DNA of 62,758 bases, filler included, from Sphacelaria rigidula (lineage: Eukaryota): NCBI GenBank assembly GCA_964200075.2. It is 5 parts of 5 records of this genome, joined end to end, with 100 filler letters (N's around TTAATTAATTAA, not from the genome) between each part and the next. Parts side by side here need not be neighbours in the genome. Positions count along the whole stretch, not along the records: positions 50,290 to 62,758 come from CAXNAA020003734.1; 4 more parts are not named here. One strand, 5' to 3'. Both the position numbers and the translations under genes were made by a program. The notes under the pieces were generated by a model. The model did not search any database and had not been told where the DNA came from. It worked only from the letters and a program-made list of their open reading frames with translations. Of this stretch, positions 51,656 to 62,758 are shown in pieces (positions within the stretch are counted from its first letter, which is position 1; every line of letters begins with the position of its first letter).

Positions 51656-53297
51656 ATTTCATTTCCTCATACAGGCACTTCCGACATTCCGGTCTTCATT
51701 GCGTTTCTTCCATCCGCTATACAAAAACCTTTTACATATCTTACTCCCATCCTGTTTCGCCGTCTGAGGCCATCATCTACCTTCTAGTATAGCCATCGTT
51801 TTCTCGCTGCTGTCTAATGTATCAAATGTTGTCATGTGGGAGGGCGAGGGGGGGCGATGCGCCCTGTGCAGCAACTTTTCAAACACTGGACTGGAAAACG
51901 ACGACAATTGATTCACAAATGGAAACACCACGGCTGAGTGCGGTCAACATGGTGTTACTCTTCGTTTCCCTATTAACCACTAGCTCGTAGTGCAAATGCA
52001 GCCGCGGGGATGTGTTCGCCTTGCTGTCAGCATCAAGTCGATGTGGTCAAGTATACGCATGCTACTCGCACAGCAGATCTTGTTCATGCTTTTCAGGCAG
52101 AACAGCCTACATGAAAAATGCTGCTGTGCGCCTGTTGGCTGCATTGTTCAGTCGTGTGCAACTCATCATGCTAACATCCATACTCACTCAGCCTTTATAT
52201 ATCTCACGCCTGAAAAAAAGCCACCCTCTGAAACTTGGCGCGGCTTTCAGCGGACAGAAACTCGCAGCAAGTGGTACGGGCGGTCGAAGGGTTGAACACA
52301 CCCGACGAAAATAGTCCAACGTGTAGCTTTCACCACCCTGTCCGGTCTTACGATCGTAGTTTCCGAGAATGTGGAGACGACAGCACTGATTGTAGTTACG
52401 CAGACACAGAGCAGAGTGGGCTGGGTTCAGGGGGGGGCAATGACCGACAGAGCTGTCGGTAGAGTTGTTGATGTTACGAACATATTTACCCACAACGTTA
52501 CTACACTGATCGTCGTGAGACAAGGATGACCCGTGCATTGCGCTGCCAGAACATGCTCGAGGTATACGAAACACTGCCCCGATGCCCCGAAAGTGCCAGA
52601 ACTGCTCGACAAACCAGAGAGCAAAAGCCTGGCGTACATTGCTCGCGGTGCACGTGATGAACAGTGAAGCGCGTTTTTTTTTTGCTTGAAAGATGGCTAA
52701 AAGAAGAGAGCGGTTTGTTGGTACACTGGCTTTTACATATATCTCCAAATCTCCTCCCGTTCATTGAAAGAGGCATGTCGTGCCACAGAAAACCCGGTAA
52801 TAGCAACAAATGTCTGTGTGAGAACACTGCGCTCCCAGAGAAGGTTGACTACTGTGAGGGCCGTGATAATGCGCTGACGCCATGTGGACTACACAAATGC
52901 TACGACAATGGATCATTCTCTCGTGGGATCTAGGTCAGCTAGCCAGCTGCCTGATTATGTGGGAACACCGTTTGCGGAAGTTGCCACGTGCATCAAGGTT
53001 GGAGAATCCCAGGAACACTGGGAACATACTTCCCACACTGTCCTCCAACTGATGTGTCTCGAGTCTGTGGAGGAAGCTGATACGGCAGAAAAGGTTAGCA
53101 TACACGTCTCATCCTGACCCTTGCAGTCGAAGAGACGAGGGGATCACCGATTATATCCTGGACTTGCTAAAGACAGATCTCGCAGGTCCCATGCTTGCAT
53201 ATGGACTCACCACCAGTGACCGCCTCTCTCGACCGTGGGGTTTGCAACATACCGCACATTTCACCACGGACATCCATCACACAGGAATCGAACTCAC

Positions 53298-53936
53298 CGT
53301 CAACAGGGTCGAGGACCAAGGCAGCGATTCATCCGCCATGCCCCTCCGATACCATAAAAACACTGCGCCATCTCGGCCCTCGCTCGCCTCCTCCACAGCA
53401 GGATTTAAGCTGCGGTTTAGTCGCTCCCACGGTCGCCGTGTGCGTCCCCTCCCCCGCCCCCCCGCCCCCCCACCCTTCACAGTCCCGCTCGCATCTGCTT
53501 CTTTCTCAGCTGCCTCCGCTGCGGCCAACTCTGCAGCATCTTCTTCGTTAGGATCGGCAGACCCAAATCCTACGACAACTTCGCTAAGCGGCAACAACAA
53601 AGTGGAATAATCTAGTTTTTCCTGCTGGTGTCCTTGAATATCACCGTCTTTCGTCGGAGGTGGTTTTTCTGTGTCCGGCATAACCGCCGCCGGCGCCACC
53701 TTGCTAGAATTAGTGCCGGTAGCATCGGAGTCTTCTACCTTGAGCGAGGAGGCCCCTACCGCTGCTGCCTCTTCTGGGGTGCTGGTGATTGATGGGTCAG
53801 AACCCGAGGAGGCACGGCGAGCCTGGCGGCGGAGCCACAAGTAGGCTCTGCGGCCACTCGAGCCACCCTTCGCGAGATCGCGGGAGACCTTCGTGAATTT
53901 TTCCGGCCCTGGTTCATCGTCATATGTGACCCGAAC
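53298..53936 (-). CDS. Internal exon (213 aa) of a protein with MABP (MVB12-associated beta-prism)-like repeats
   Basis: TAG|VRVTYDDEPGPEKFTKVSRDLAKGGSSGRRAYLWLRR ... LSEVVVGFG ... WERLNRSLNPA..AVFLWYRRG..WSSTLLT|GTGAGT. 639 nt, phase 0-0, with two MABP-type units. Confidence 0.75.
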
Positions 53937-54397
53937 CTAGACATGTTTTGTGACGACGGCCGTTGACGGTTGGGTTTGCTACTTTGTATGAAGCGCAAGC
54001 GGTGAGAAGAAGTACATGGTTTGAATATATTCTACAGTTATACTGGTCTTTGAGATGGAAAGGATGACCAAGTAGCCGGCGAGCGTTGCGCGGCTTTTGT
54101 ATGACTACTTTATTGGTACCTTTGCTTCATTTACTGGTCAGGGGGTCATATCTCCTTGCTATCCATACCAGGAGTGCATCGGCGGCTATTTTTCCTGGAA
54201 CATTAGATATGGATCAGCGCCCAGGGGGCCATCGCAATCTCTACTCGTGCTCTACGGGTCCGGGGGGAACATTATAAACTGCTACAAGTGGGCGTAGCGA
54301 AGCGAAACAGAAGAGTACAGTACGCTTTACAAAAATACTGGTGTACGGAGAGTGGAGAGTATACTCCACTAGACCGCTGCCGACAAAACACCGTATA

Positions 54398-55318
54398 CAG
54401 TAGTTTTCAGCTGAAACAGGGATTTTTTTGCAATTTTTTTTGCAGTCGGCAGTTTTGTTGTAATGCTTTCGCGTGCCACCTCTCATCCCAGCGAACATGT
54501 GACCCCAAGGTTTGGGGATCGGGAGGTACTAGACATCTGCTTCACATTCCGAAATATCACCCTCGCACTGTAAATTGAACGAATTACGAGATGACCCGTT
54601 TTCGCGGGTCCTGTGATTCCCCAGCCCTAGGTTCTAACCCTTGGGTGCTGTTGCTCGAATGAAGCACTTCCGATCGCTTTGATGAATGAATGAAAATTAT
54701 GTTTTCTTGGAATTTCACAAACTTGTTGCGCTAGAGCCGTGAAACTGTGTTTTTTGGAATAATGACGGTCGACAACATTCCCCTGAAAACGAAGTACTTC
54801 CTCCGTATCACCCCGACAACACCAATTGAGGATCGTTTCCTGAGCACGACCTGTCCCTTTTCCCATTATCTACCGACGCTAGGACTTTCGAGTGCTGAGG
54901 GATAATACTACTTCGTATACGAGAAGAATCAGAACAGTACCCCAAAATACAAATTACTCAACAAAGCTTTGCATAGCACAGGGGGGTGGAACATTTTCCA
55001 TTGCTCATGTGCATAATTTTATAGACCCCTATATTTATCTCTACCTATTAATTGCGCTTGAGCCGAAAATAAATTTGTTATGGACCAAAAACGGTCAAGA
55101 ACATCCCCTGTCTACTCAGACCGTGAGTCGTTCAATTTTGAGCGCAGATACGATTCTTGTTTCGGAATGTGGAGCGGTCGCCTGGTATCTCCTCATCTTC
55201 AGATTTCGAGACCAAGCGTTCGATGGGATAAGCGGTGGCACGCGAAAAAATCTTTTGAAAACCGCCGACTACGAAACAATAACAAAAACCCCCTTTTCAG
55301 CTGAAAACTAAAACTACT
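54398..55318. mobile_element. Degenerate MITE with ~200-bp TIRs
   Basis: TAGTTTTCAGCTGAAA..AGTCGGC.GTTTT..TTTCGCGTGCCACC..CACATTCCGAAA..AAATTGAACGA at 54400-54585 is mirrored at ~55125-55312. Confidence 0.7.
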
Positions 55319-56769
55319 ACAAGTCGACAGCAGCATCGGGCAGGGGCACTTCCTGATGCTCTGCGGCCCAATTCCATACCGATTTCACAAATCCGTCTCT
55401 TTTCGTTCTCCGAACCGTCACGTGGCCCACATCCCCATAGTTCAGCGAGTTTTACGCGTCACGACTGTGCGAAGTGCGTAAACAGGTACTGCAGACAATG
55501 TGGCAACAATCCCAGCTCACCTCGACCACTGGGTCCCCTCGGCTGGCACTTTCGTGTGTCCAGAGGAAGCTCTGGGAGGTCGAGCCCGGCTGTGCGTGGA
55601 GATTTGCACTTCCCCCTTCTCTCGTGGTAACTCGATGGAAACCCTGGCCAAAGGCGGAACCGAGAAATATATTCATGTTTCAATCAAGGAGTTTACATGG
55701 TGCTGTTTCGTGTTTCTAAATACTGCATCCCCTTCCCCCCCTTCTGCTGTCTGTTTCGGGTGAGGGGGTGGGGGGGGGGTTAACAAACGTATGGTACAGT
55801 AATGCTTGGGTGATGTCAACATCAGTACCATAGGGAGGGTGAAATGGTGCAGGCAGCAGGAATTCTGGTGAAAACACACAGGCGAAAATGCCGGATGACT
55901 CTAAGTGGTGCAACATACCAATGAAGAAGGGGAACATGTTACAGCTATAATATGGGTGTTGCATGCTTTCTTACGCAAAGGAATGATAAACCCAAGCTGC
56001 TGGGTTGCCACGGCGAGGCTGCCGAACAGTAGCTGCCTGCTTCCGACCATTGCACCGGTCCTGCACTCTACCGTACTACAGTGTACTGTACTTGTTTGCT
56101 GTCTGTACACACAACAGACATGGCCAGAAGGTGCCATGCTGTACACTTGTAACGCGAAGCACAGATCATTGTCACAACAAAACAAGCAGTTAAAAGACTT
56201 ACCGCAGGTGCCAGGGCATTGCCGTAGGTCACGTCAAAATCCGTCACAAACGGCATCGCTGCGTGCGCCGTAAGCAAGTGTGCAGCACCAGCGGGCTTGG
56301 CTGTATTGGAAAATGACCGCAGGAAATTCATGCAGTGTAATCATGGAACCACAACCGCAACCCTCGTGAATTTGTGTGCGATCTTTGATCTTTCGTTTGG
56401 GATCTTGAAATTTGAATTTTTGGCACGACCCAGCGGAGCACAAAATCATACTATACGGTTCGTCGCTCGCTCCCACAGCTTTGCACACAGGGTAACTTAG
56501 CTCGTGCGCTAGAGGGAGTAAAAAAATGTGTGCTGAGTGTAGACAAACGAGGGCACGTGGCACGTGGTGAAAGAGCCACCTCCCGTAGCATCAAAATGAC
56601 TCCTAATAGTACAGAACTTTCTCTGTTTCACCTTTCGTCATCGTGAGCATTTCCCTTCAACTCGAGACAAAACGTAGCGACGCAGATGATGCTTGTAGCA
56701 ACTCGAAGCAACGAGGAACCGAGTGGTGTCGTTCTCTAGAACCCTAGCCCATAAGTTCTCCTCACTTGC

Positions 56770-59700
56770 TACATACTCACGCAAGGTTCACAGCAGTTCC
56801 CGATATAGGTACACTACTTTTGGACGAATGCCCCCCTCAGCTTTATATTGTACTTCCACCTCGAGAGGAGCTAAGCTCTGCTTCTCCCCGACCGCCACCC
56901 GTCTGGGGTTGGTTGTGTCGGGGTAGGCTAACCCTGTCAACAACACAACCAGTAAGTAGGGGAGGGTAAGTTGACGTACTGGCTTGTCTGCGTGTCGTGT
57001 CAGTGGTAACGCAACATACAGTCTAAGTAGTGGGTCATGTCGACGGTGTCGGTGCTGCAGCTGCGGAGTTTTACCGTAGAATGGGAACCAAACTGAACCC
57101 CGCAGCTGTAGCGTTTTACCCGGCGTTGAGACACTGTCACGGAAAGCACGTTGATGAAGATGAGACACGTGTGAGTAAGTATCAGATTCGGTGGACTGGA
57201 CACAGCGGCCGACGCGGGGTGGGAAGGCTGCACCCTTCCCGCGAGACCAACAAGAAGCAAGGCAAGTACCGTGATAGACGTGCCGAAAACAAGTCGGAAC
57301 AGGAACAACAGTTCGCACGTAAAATTAGAAGGCGCAACAGACCAAAAAGGAGAGCAAAACAAAGAGAAAGACGCGTGAATATAGAGGAGGCTAAACCTGG
57401 GACACGTACTGGGCAGCTATAACGTCCGTACGCTGTCCCTCACGGAAAAAAACGGAGCTGGCCATGCTGAGGTGGTCCTGAAAAAATGTCAGGCAGTCGG
57501 ATGTGATGTCATCGGGCTACAGGAAACGAGGAGACCACGTCGATCCGAATTTTGTGCGCGGGATACCGCGTTTTTTGTTGCGGGGCAGAGGGGGGCAAGG
57601 GAAGGGCTGGTCAACATGGGGTTGGGTTGGCCGTCAAGGAATCGATCATCAGCAAGGCGACGTGGACTCAGGCACTCATCAGCGAACGCCTCATGTCGAT
57701 GACTTTCAACCTAGCGGGTAAATCAAATGCTGCTACGGTTGTCGTCGCGTACGCCCCGAAAGACACTCCACAGTCAAGAGAAGAGAGAGATGTGTTCTGG
57801 ACTGTGTTAGACGGCATTGTGAACTGCATCCCCCACAAGCGTCACCTGTTTATTTCAACGGACGCTAACGCGAGGACTGGACCACAAACAGGCGAGGAGG
57901 AACGTAAAATTGTAGGAGCATACTGCCGAGACTCCCGATCCAACGATAGTAACGGCACATCTCTGGTGCAATTTGCAGGCGACAACAGGCTTTCACTGGC
58001 CAACACGTTCTTCTCCACCCCCAAGGGAAACACCTCGCGTACGTTCAACGGCGTTGCAAATCGCCCCAGGGACAGAAAACGCATTGACTACATCATCACA
58101 CGGCAAGATCACCGCAGGCTCGTTCGTAATATCACCGTCCACCTCCAACCCCCCAACTCGCCCGACTCTGACCACAACATCGTGTGCGCCTCCGTGGCTC
58201 CTTGGTGGCTTCGCACACAACATACCGAGACGAATCCCAATTGGGCGTACACCGATCGGCAGACGAGCAATAATATCTGACCCCGTCAGACGTGAGAAGC
58301 TCACCCAGCTCATCATCAGCGAGCTCGAACAGAGTATACCTGGTGATACAGTCAGTTCACTGGCGACGAACTTTGTCGCCGTATTCTTGAGTGCCGCTGA
58401 AAAGGTGGTACCTCGTCTGACCCGAAAGCCACGTATACCGGGGTGGTTCGAGGATGCTAAAATCAGAACGGAATTCGAACTTGCCTGGATGGAGAGAGAA
58501 AGGGCGAGATCAATGGTGAGACTAGGGTCATCTCGAGATAGACTCGCATGGCGCACATTGCGAACAGCATGCAAAAAGATAAAAACAAATGTGATCCAAC
58601 TTGGGGTTGACGAATATATGGATGTGTATGCTAGAGAACTAGAGGAGTATACTCGAGCGGGGCACATGAGAGGATGGTGCAGACATCTCAACGGAGGGTG
58701 GAGACTGTCTGGACGACCAATCAAGAGTGAACAGTACACTCGAGATGAGGACGGCAATTTACTGCGGAACAGATGTTTGATCAGTGGGAGATGGGAATGG
58801 TACTCTTCTACATTGCTGAACGCCATATCGGCAACTATCGACCGCACCATCATCGAGAAGATTGCTCAACGACCAATAGCGCTGTCACTAGGAGACCCAC
58901 CAAGCCCAAGTGACTCTGAGGAGGCTCTGAAAGCTATGCCGAATGGCACAGCAACCGGTCCGGATGGTATTCCTGCTGAAATCCTGAAGCTTGGACTCAA
59001 CGGGGAGGCGCCGGACATTCTGTACCACTTCCACGACATCGTCTCTGCGGTTTGGACATCTGGCGAGGTGCCGCAAGAATGGAAAGATGTCACCATCAAA
59101 GTGCTACACAAAAAACAAGATAGGACCCAGTGTAGCAACTACAGAGGTATTTCACTTGTGACACATACTGTTAAAGTCCTCCTCAAAATCGTAGCTAACA
59201 GGCTCGGTGACTTTTCTGAGGAAACAAATGTTTTCCCGGAAGAGCAGTGTGGATTTAGGCGGCAAAGGTCGACCATAGACTTGATGTTCGTAGTACGCCG
59301 ACTCCAGGAGTTGGGACAGGCTAGTAATATCCCAATAAACATGTGCTTTATAGATCTGCAGAAAGCCTACGATTCTTTAGACCGCACGCTCATGTGAGAA
59401 GTGCTGGCTCGGTTCGGAGTCCCGTCGCGAATGATCACGATCATCCCTATGTTTCACTACGGCATGCGAGCTCGAGTACAGCTAGATAGTGGCGAACTAT
59501 CAGCGTGGTTCGACGTCTGCCAGGGACTCAGACAAGGTTGCGTTTCGTCTCCGCTGCTGTTCAACATCTTCGGAGCAGGCTTGGTGGAAGTAATCGTCCA
59601 GCGGTTTGCGGCGGACCCATTCATCGTCTCAGACTTGATCTTTCTAGATGATGCGCCACGAGATGTCGATGGTAAACCCGTGGAAGAGACACCACTGGAA

Positions 59701-61067
59701 AAGTTGCGACGCGCGGTGTGGGCAATGCTCTATGCGGACGACGCCAGCATAGCCTCGTAGACCTCAAAAGGCCTCGCTCGAATGATGGCCGTGATAGTGA
59801 TGACCTGCCAGGAATTCGGCCTGATGGTCACCGAGAGCAAGACAGAGTCCATGCGCCTTTCGTCAGTACCCAGTCCCACGGAGGCTACCCTGGATATCAA
59901 AGCTGCCGGTCAACGGTATAAGCAGACGGGGAAGTTTATCTACCTTGGTGGAGCTATCAGCGCGGATGCGAAAATGTCCATCGAGATCAACCGCCGTATC
60001 AGCGTGGCGTGGGCACGTATCCGAAAATATAGCTCCCAACTCTACGACCGACCCAACGCCGAGCTATCCTTGAAAGTTCGACTACTTAAAGCGGAGGTGA
60101 TAGAAGCTCTGTTGTATGGGTGTGCCACATGGACGCTACTTTCTGAGGACTTCGACAGTCTGCGCACTGCCCATCACAAGCTCTTGCTGCGAGTGGTTGG
60201 ATTCCGCACGAACGATCAAAATGGCTACAAGACTCTTTCGTACAGAGCGGTGCTCGAGATGACCAACTGCGAACGCATCGAGGCGACTATCCGCGAACGT
60301 CAACTCTGGTTCGCGGGAGCACTTGTCCGGCAGAAGGACACACGCATTCCCAAGCGTGTCATGAACGGTCGGCTTTCCACACGAGGACCCAAGGAGGTCG
60401 GCCGCCCCCCCAAGCAATGGCAGGACACCCTAAAGGGAGAATCTACGTGCGCTAGGGGCTGTCCCGCACAAAGGAGCCCGACGAAAGTGGTTCGTCTACG
60501 ATGTAGAGCTTAACGATGCATACGATTGGGTCACTACGGCGAAGAACATGGGCAAGTGGCATATTGGAGTCGAAAGGGGAACGGAAGAGTTTGAGAACAC
60601 GTGGCGACGCGCGGACAAGCGAGAATCAGACCGCCGTCACAAGCGAGAGGCTGCTGCGTCGAGGGCTGCCAATCGGAGAATCCTGTCTATTCATATCGGT
60701 TGTTGATTATTTCCTTCGTCGGTGGCTCTGCGGTGCCCACTGGTGTGTATCTGTATCTACTCTGCTGCCCTGAATCCCTTGGGCTTTTCCCTTTTATTGT
60801 ATTTAATTTAATTTTTTTGTACTTTCCTCTTCTTTTCCTTTTTTTTGTGTGTTTCAGGTCGGCCATTTCTTTCTGTGCTTCGCTTGTGTTGACCTTTTTT
60901 TATTTTATGACGACTTAGTCTGCTATGTCGTTCTGTTCGACTTTTTGTTTTGTTCTGTTCCTTCCTTGTTTCAGGGCGTGTTTCAGTTTCGTTTTTGTTG
61001 GTTGCCTCTATCATGAGACCACGGCTGGACCCCTCGGGGGCCAGTTAAAGTGCGACAATCAATCAAA
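56770..61067 (+). mobile_element. Near full-length decayed non-LTR retrotransposon, RTE-like clade (single ORF, APE endonuclease + reverse transcriptase)
   Basis: EN motifs GSYNVRTL, IGLQETRR, VAYAP, DANAR, IDYI, SDH. RT motifs GPDGIPAE, NYRGISL, QCGFR, FIDLQKAYDS, GLRQGC, YADD, FIYLG. Pyrimidine-rich 3' UTR and (CAAT)n tail. 5' boundary approximate. Confidence 0.93.
57081..60706 (+). pseudogene. Disrupted LINE EN-RT ORF
   Basis: Reconstructable from ATG 57081 with frameshifts near 57383, 57556, 58197 and 60435 and in-frame stops TGA 59395-97 and TAG 59758-60. The C-terminal frame is supported by the paralogous fragment at 13810-13985. Confidence 0.85.
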
Positions 61068-61590
61068 GTCTCCGCACGCTTCTCGACCTGAACTTATCAG
61101 GCCATCCAAGGCTGAACGTGAAGTGGCATTGCCGTAGAGGCCAAAAATGCCATTCGGTTCAACATGAATGCGACAGAGGGCATATAGATAACCTGGAACC
61201 TATCATAAGGTATTCCCGTCCAAACTACTTCAAACTCGCCTGCACTTTCCTGTTTGTGTCTGGAACTTGTCTGGCGGAAGAAGCTTCCGCGAACTGCTCT
61301 GTGTGTTCATTCGTGAGTGTCACGGTGGTGGTGGCCCATATGAAGCGAGTAGCATGTCAATTGTCAACACTAGATTCGCGTAATCGTTCAATTTGCGCCG
61401 ACGATTCGTCGTCCTCACTCGAAACTTTGTGAATCGGTAGGTATTGCTGGAAATAGGAGGTCGTTTACTTGTCATATTTCCCAGTTTATTTGATGTTGTC
61501 GGGGCAGTACGGAGTAAATCCGTTATTTTCCCCTGTGAAGCGGGGTGTATCCGACCGTATACTGTCTGAAAGCACGATTTTTAGGCTCAG

Positions 61591-62285
61591 TAAGGGTCTG
61601 TCGAGATAATGTTTTCGGACTCGGAGCCCCCGCCCCCCCCCCGCCCCCCTCCCCCTCAACGGCGAAACGACTCAGGCAAGGGACAAATGAGAACGCCCCC
61701 CCTCCCGGAGGGCATTTGTTCGAAAATTGTCATGGTTTTTGAGATTGTTTTGGTGGTTTTTGGTGTTCTTATTTTTTTCATTTTTGGTTGAAGTTGTCGA
61801 AAGAAATTGATCAACAAACACTGGTAAGAACCGGAAATTCTGGCGGGCTTGGCGAGGTTCGTATATTTATTTGCTTCTGCTCCTTGCCCGCCCTGTCCCG
61901 ATGGCCTCGGATGCCGGCAACGCTCACATATATCCGTGTACAATACACGAGCGCACGGTAGCGACAGCCTGTTGGCAAAGTAGCAACATTGTCTCACGTC
62001 TCGCCAAATTTGCCCGGACTACTAGTGGTAAGTGGTCGAGGCACACGACATGGGACATGATCCCATATATGTAATCATGGTAGTTGATGAGCTTAGAGGG
62101 GTGGTGTGTCCGTCATCTCAGCGGTCTCCATTCCAAGGATTTCTGTACACGGCAGCTGACCGCACCCGCCAACGCCTCGGCAATAAACGAGGGAACAGCA
62201 GACTGGGTTCCCCCTCCCCCTCAAAAACTCGAATTTTCGATGTTGTGGCCTACGTGCCCCGAAATATATATTTGACAGACCCCTG
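61591..62285. mobile_element. Possible hAT-type MITE
   Basis: Imperfect TIR TAAGGGTCTGTCGAGATAATGTTTTCGG / CCGAAATATATATTTGACAGACCCCTG (CAGGGG-type end); TSD unclear. Contains a partial 75-bp element at ~61657-61705. Confidence 0.45.
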
Positions 62286-62298
62286 GCTCTAGCGCAAT

Positions 62299-62560
62299 CA
62301 TTGATGATTGATTGATTGCGGCACATCAGCCGATCCCCGAGGAACCCAACCGTAGTCAGAAAGTGGATGAACCTAAGGTGAACAAAACGGAAACACTCCC
62401 TGAAGAGAACCCAAGGAGAAGGGGGTGAGATAAAGAAAGATGAACCAGCGCAAAATGCTGAAATGCAAGAAATGAGAAGATAGAGAATGGGACAAAGGAA
62501 AGAAAACGAGAGGAAACAAGAACCCTGCCGGAATAGACCTAGAGGTGGATGGCGCATCAG
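62299..62560 (-). mobile_element. 5'-truncated LINE 3' UTR fragment
   Basis: Minus strand GAGTGTTTCCGTTTTGTTCACCTT..GACTACGGTTGGGTTCCTCGGGGATCGGCTGATGTGCCGCAATCAATCAATC. Confidence 0.75.
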
Positions 62561-62758
62561 GGGATACTTAGAAACGGGGCACGACAAACGGCACCACTCG
62601 AAAGAGGCGAAGGTTGAGCGTTTTCTTGAGGCTCAAACGTGGCCGATATACCGGAGCAACACCTACACCTTGTTGTTCACTCACTATAGTATCGTGGGAG
62701 CAGATCAACGATGAATAACACCCCTCGAGTTCAAATTGGATCTATCTGCCGCAGCACC

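Noticed and set aside
56753..56770. Possible LINE target-site duplication (AAGTTCTCCTCAC vs AAGTCTCCGCAC at ~61066)
   Set aside because: Too imperfect to call; used only as an approximate 5' boundary.
57993..59342. Long minus-strand ORFs opposite the LINE
   Set aside because: Antisense shadows of the RT coding frame.
1..62758. CRISPR array, rRNA, intact tRNA genes, and most short six-frame ORFs
   Set aside because: There is no regularly spaced repeat-spacer array. The tRNA-like sequences are SINE heads without a full cloverleaf. Most listed ORFs fall in introns or repeats without motif or splice support.

Overview
This is eukaryotic, intron-rich, repeat-dense DNA. The long introns, poly-C/G tracts and RTE-type LINE/SINE content suggest a brown alga (Ectocarpales-like); that assignment is inference. 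The window is NOT one locus. Four identical 100-nt linkers (N44-TTAATTAATTAA-N44) join five length-sorted contigs of 12,474/12,473/12,473/12,469/12,469 bp, so nothing should be linked across them. Contig 1 has an unidentified multi-exon gene encoding a basic/acidic/coiled-coil protein. Contig 2 has a large Gly/Pro/Asp low-complexity exon, a LINE 3' fragment, SINEs and MITEs. Contig 3 has the first two coding exons of ARPC1 (Arp2/3 subunit p41) and a nested cluster of palindromic PIF/Harbinger-type MITEs. Contig 4 has the end of a Ser/Thr kinase gene converging on a 7-exon partial SLC35F5-like transporter. Contig 5 has a tandem MABP-domain exon and a near full-length decayed RTE-type LINE (APE endonuclease + RT). 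The most interesting observations are: a PAM2-like (PABP-binding) motif at the very N-terminus of the LINE protein, whose start codon lies in a hairpin loop downstream of a structured, partly HDV-ribozyme-like leader; a conserved 3' stem-loop shared by five LINE tails; a very abundant ~75-bp GAAA-hairpin/poly-C element; and palindromes nested within palindromes. No CRISPR array, rRNA or intact tRNA gene was seen.
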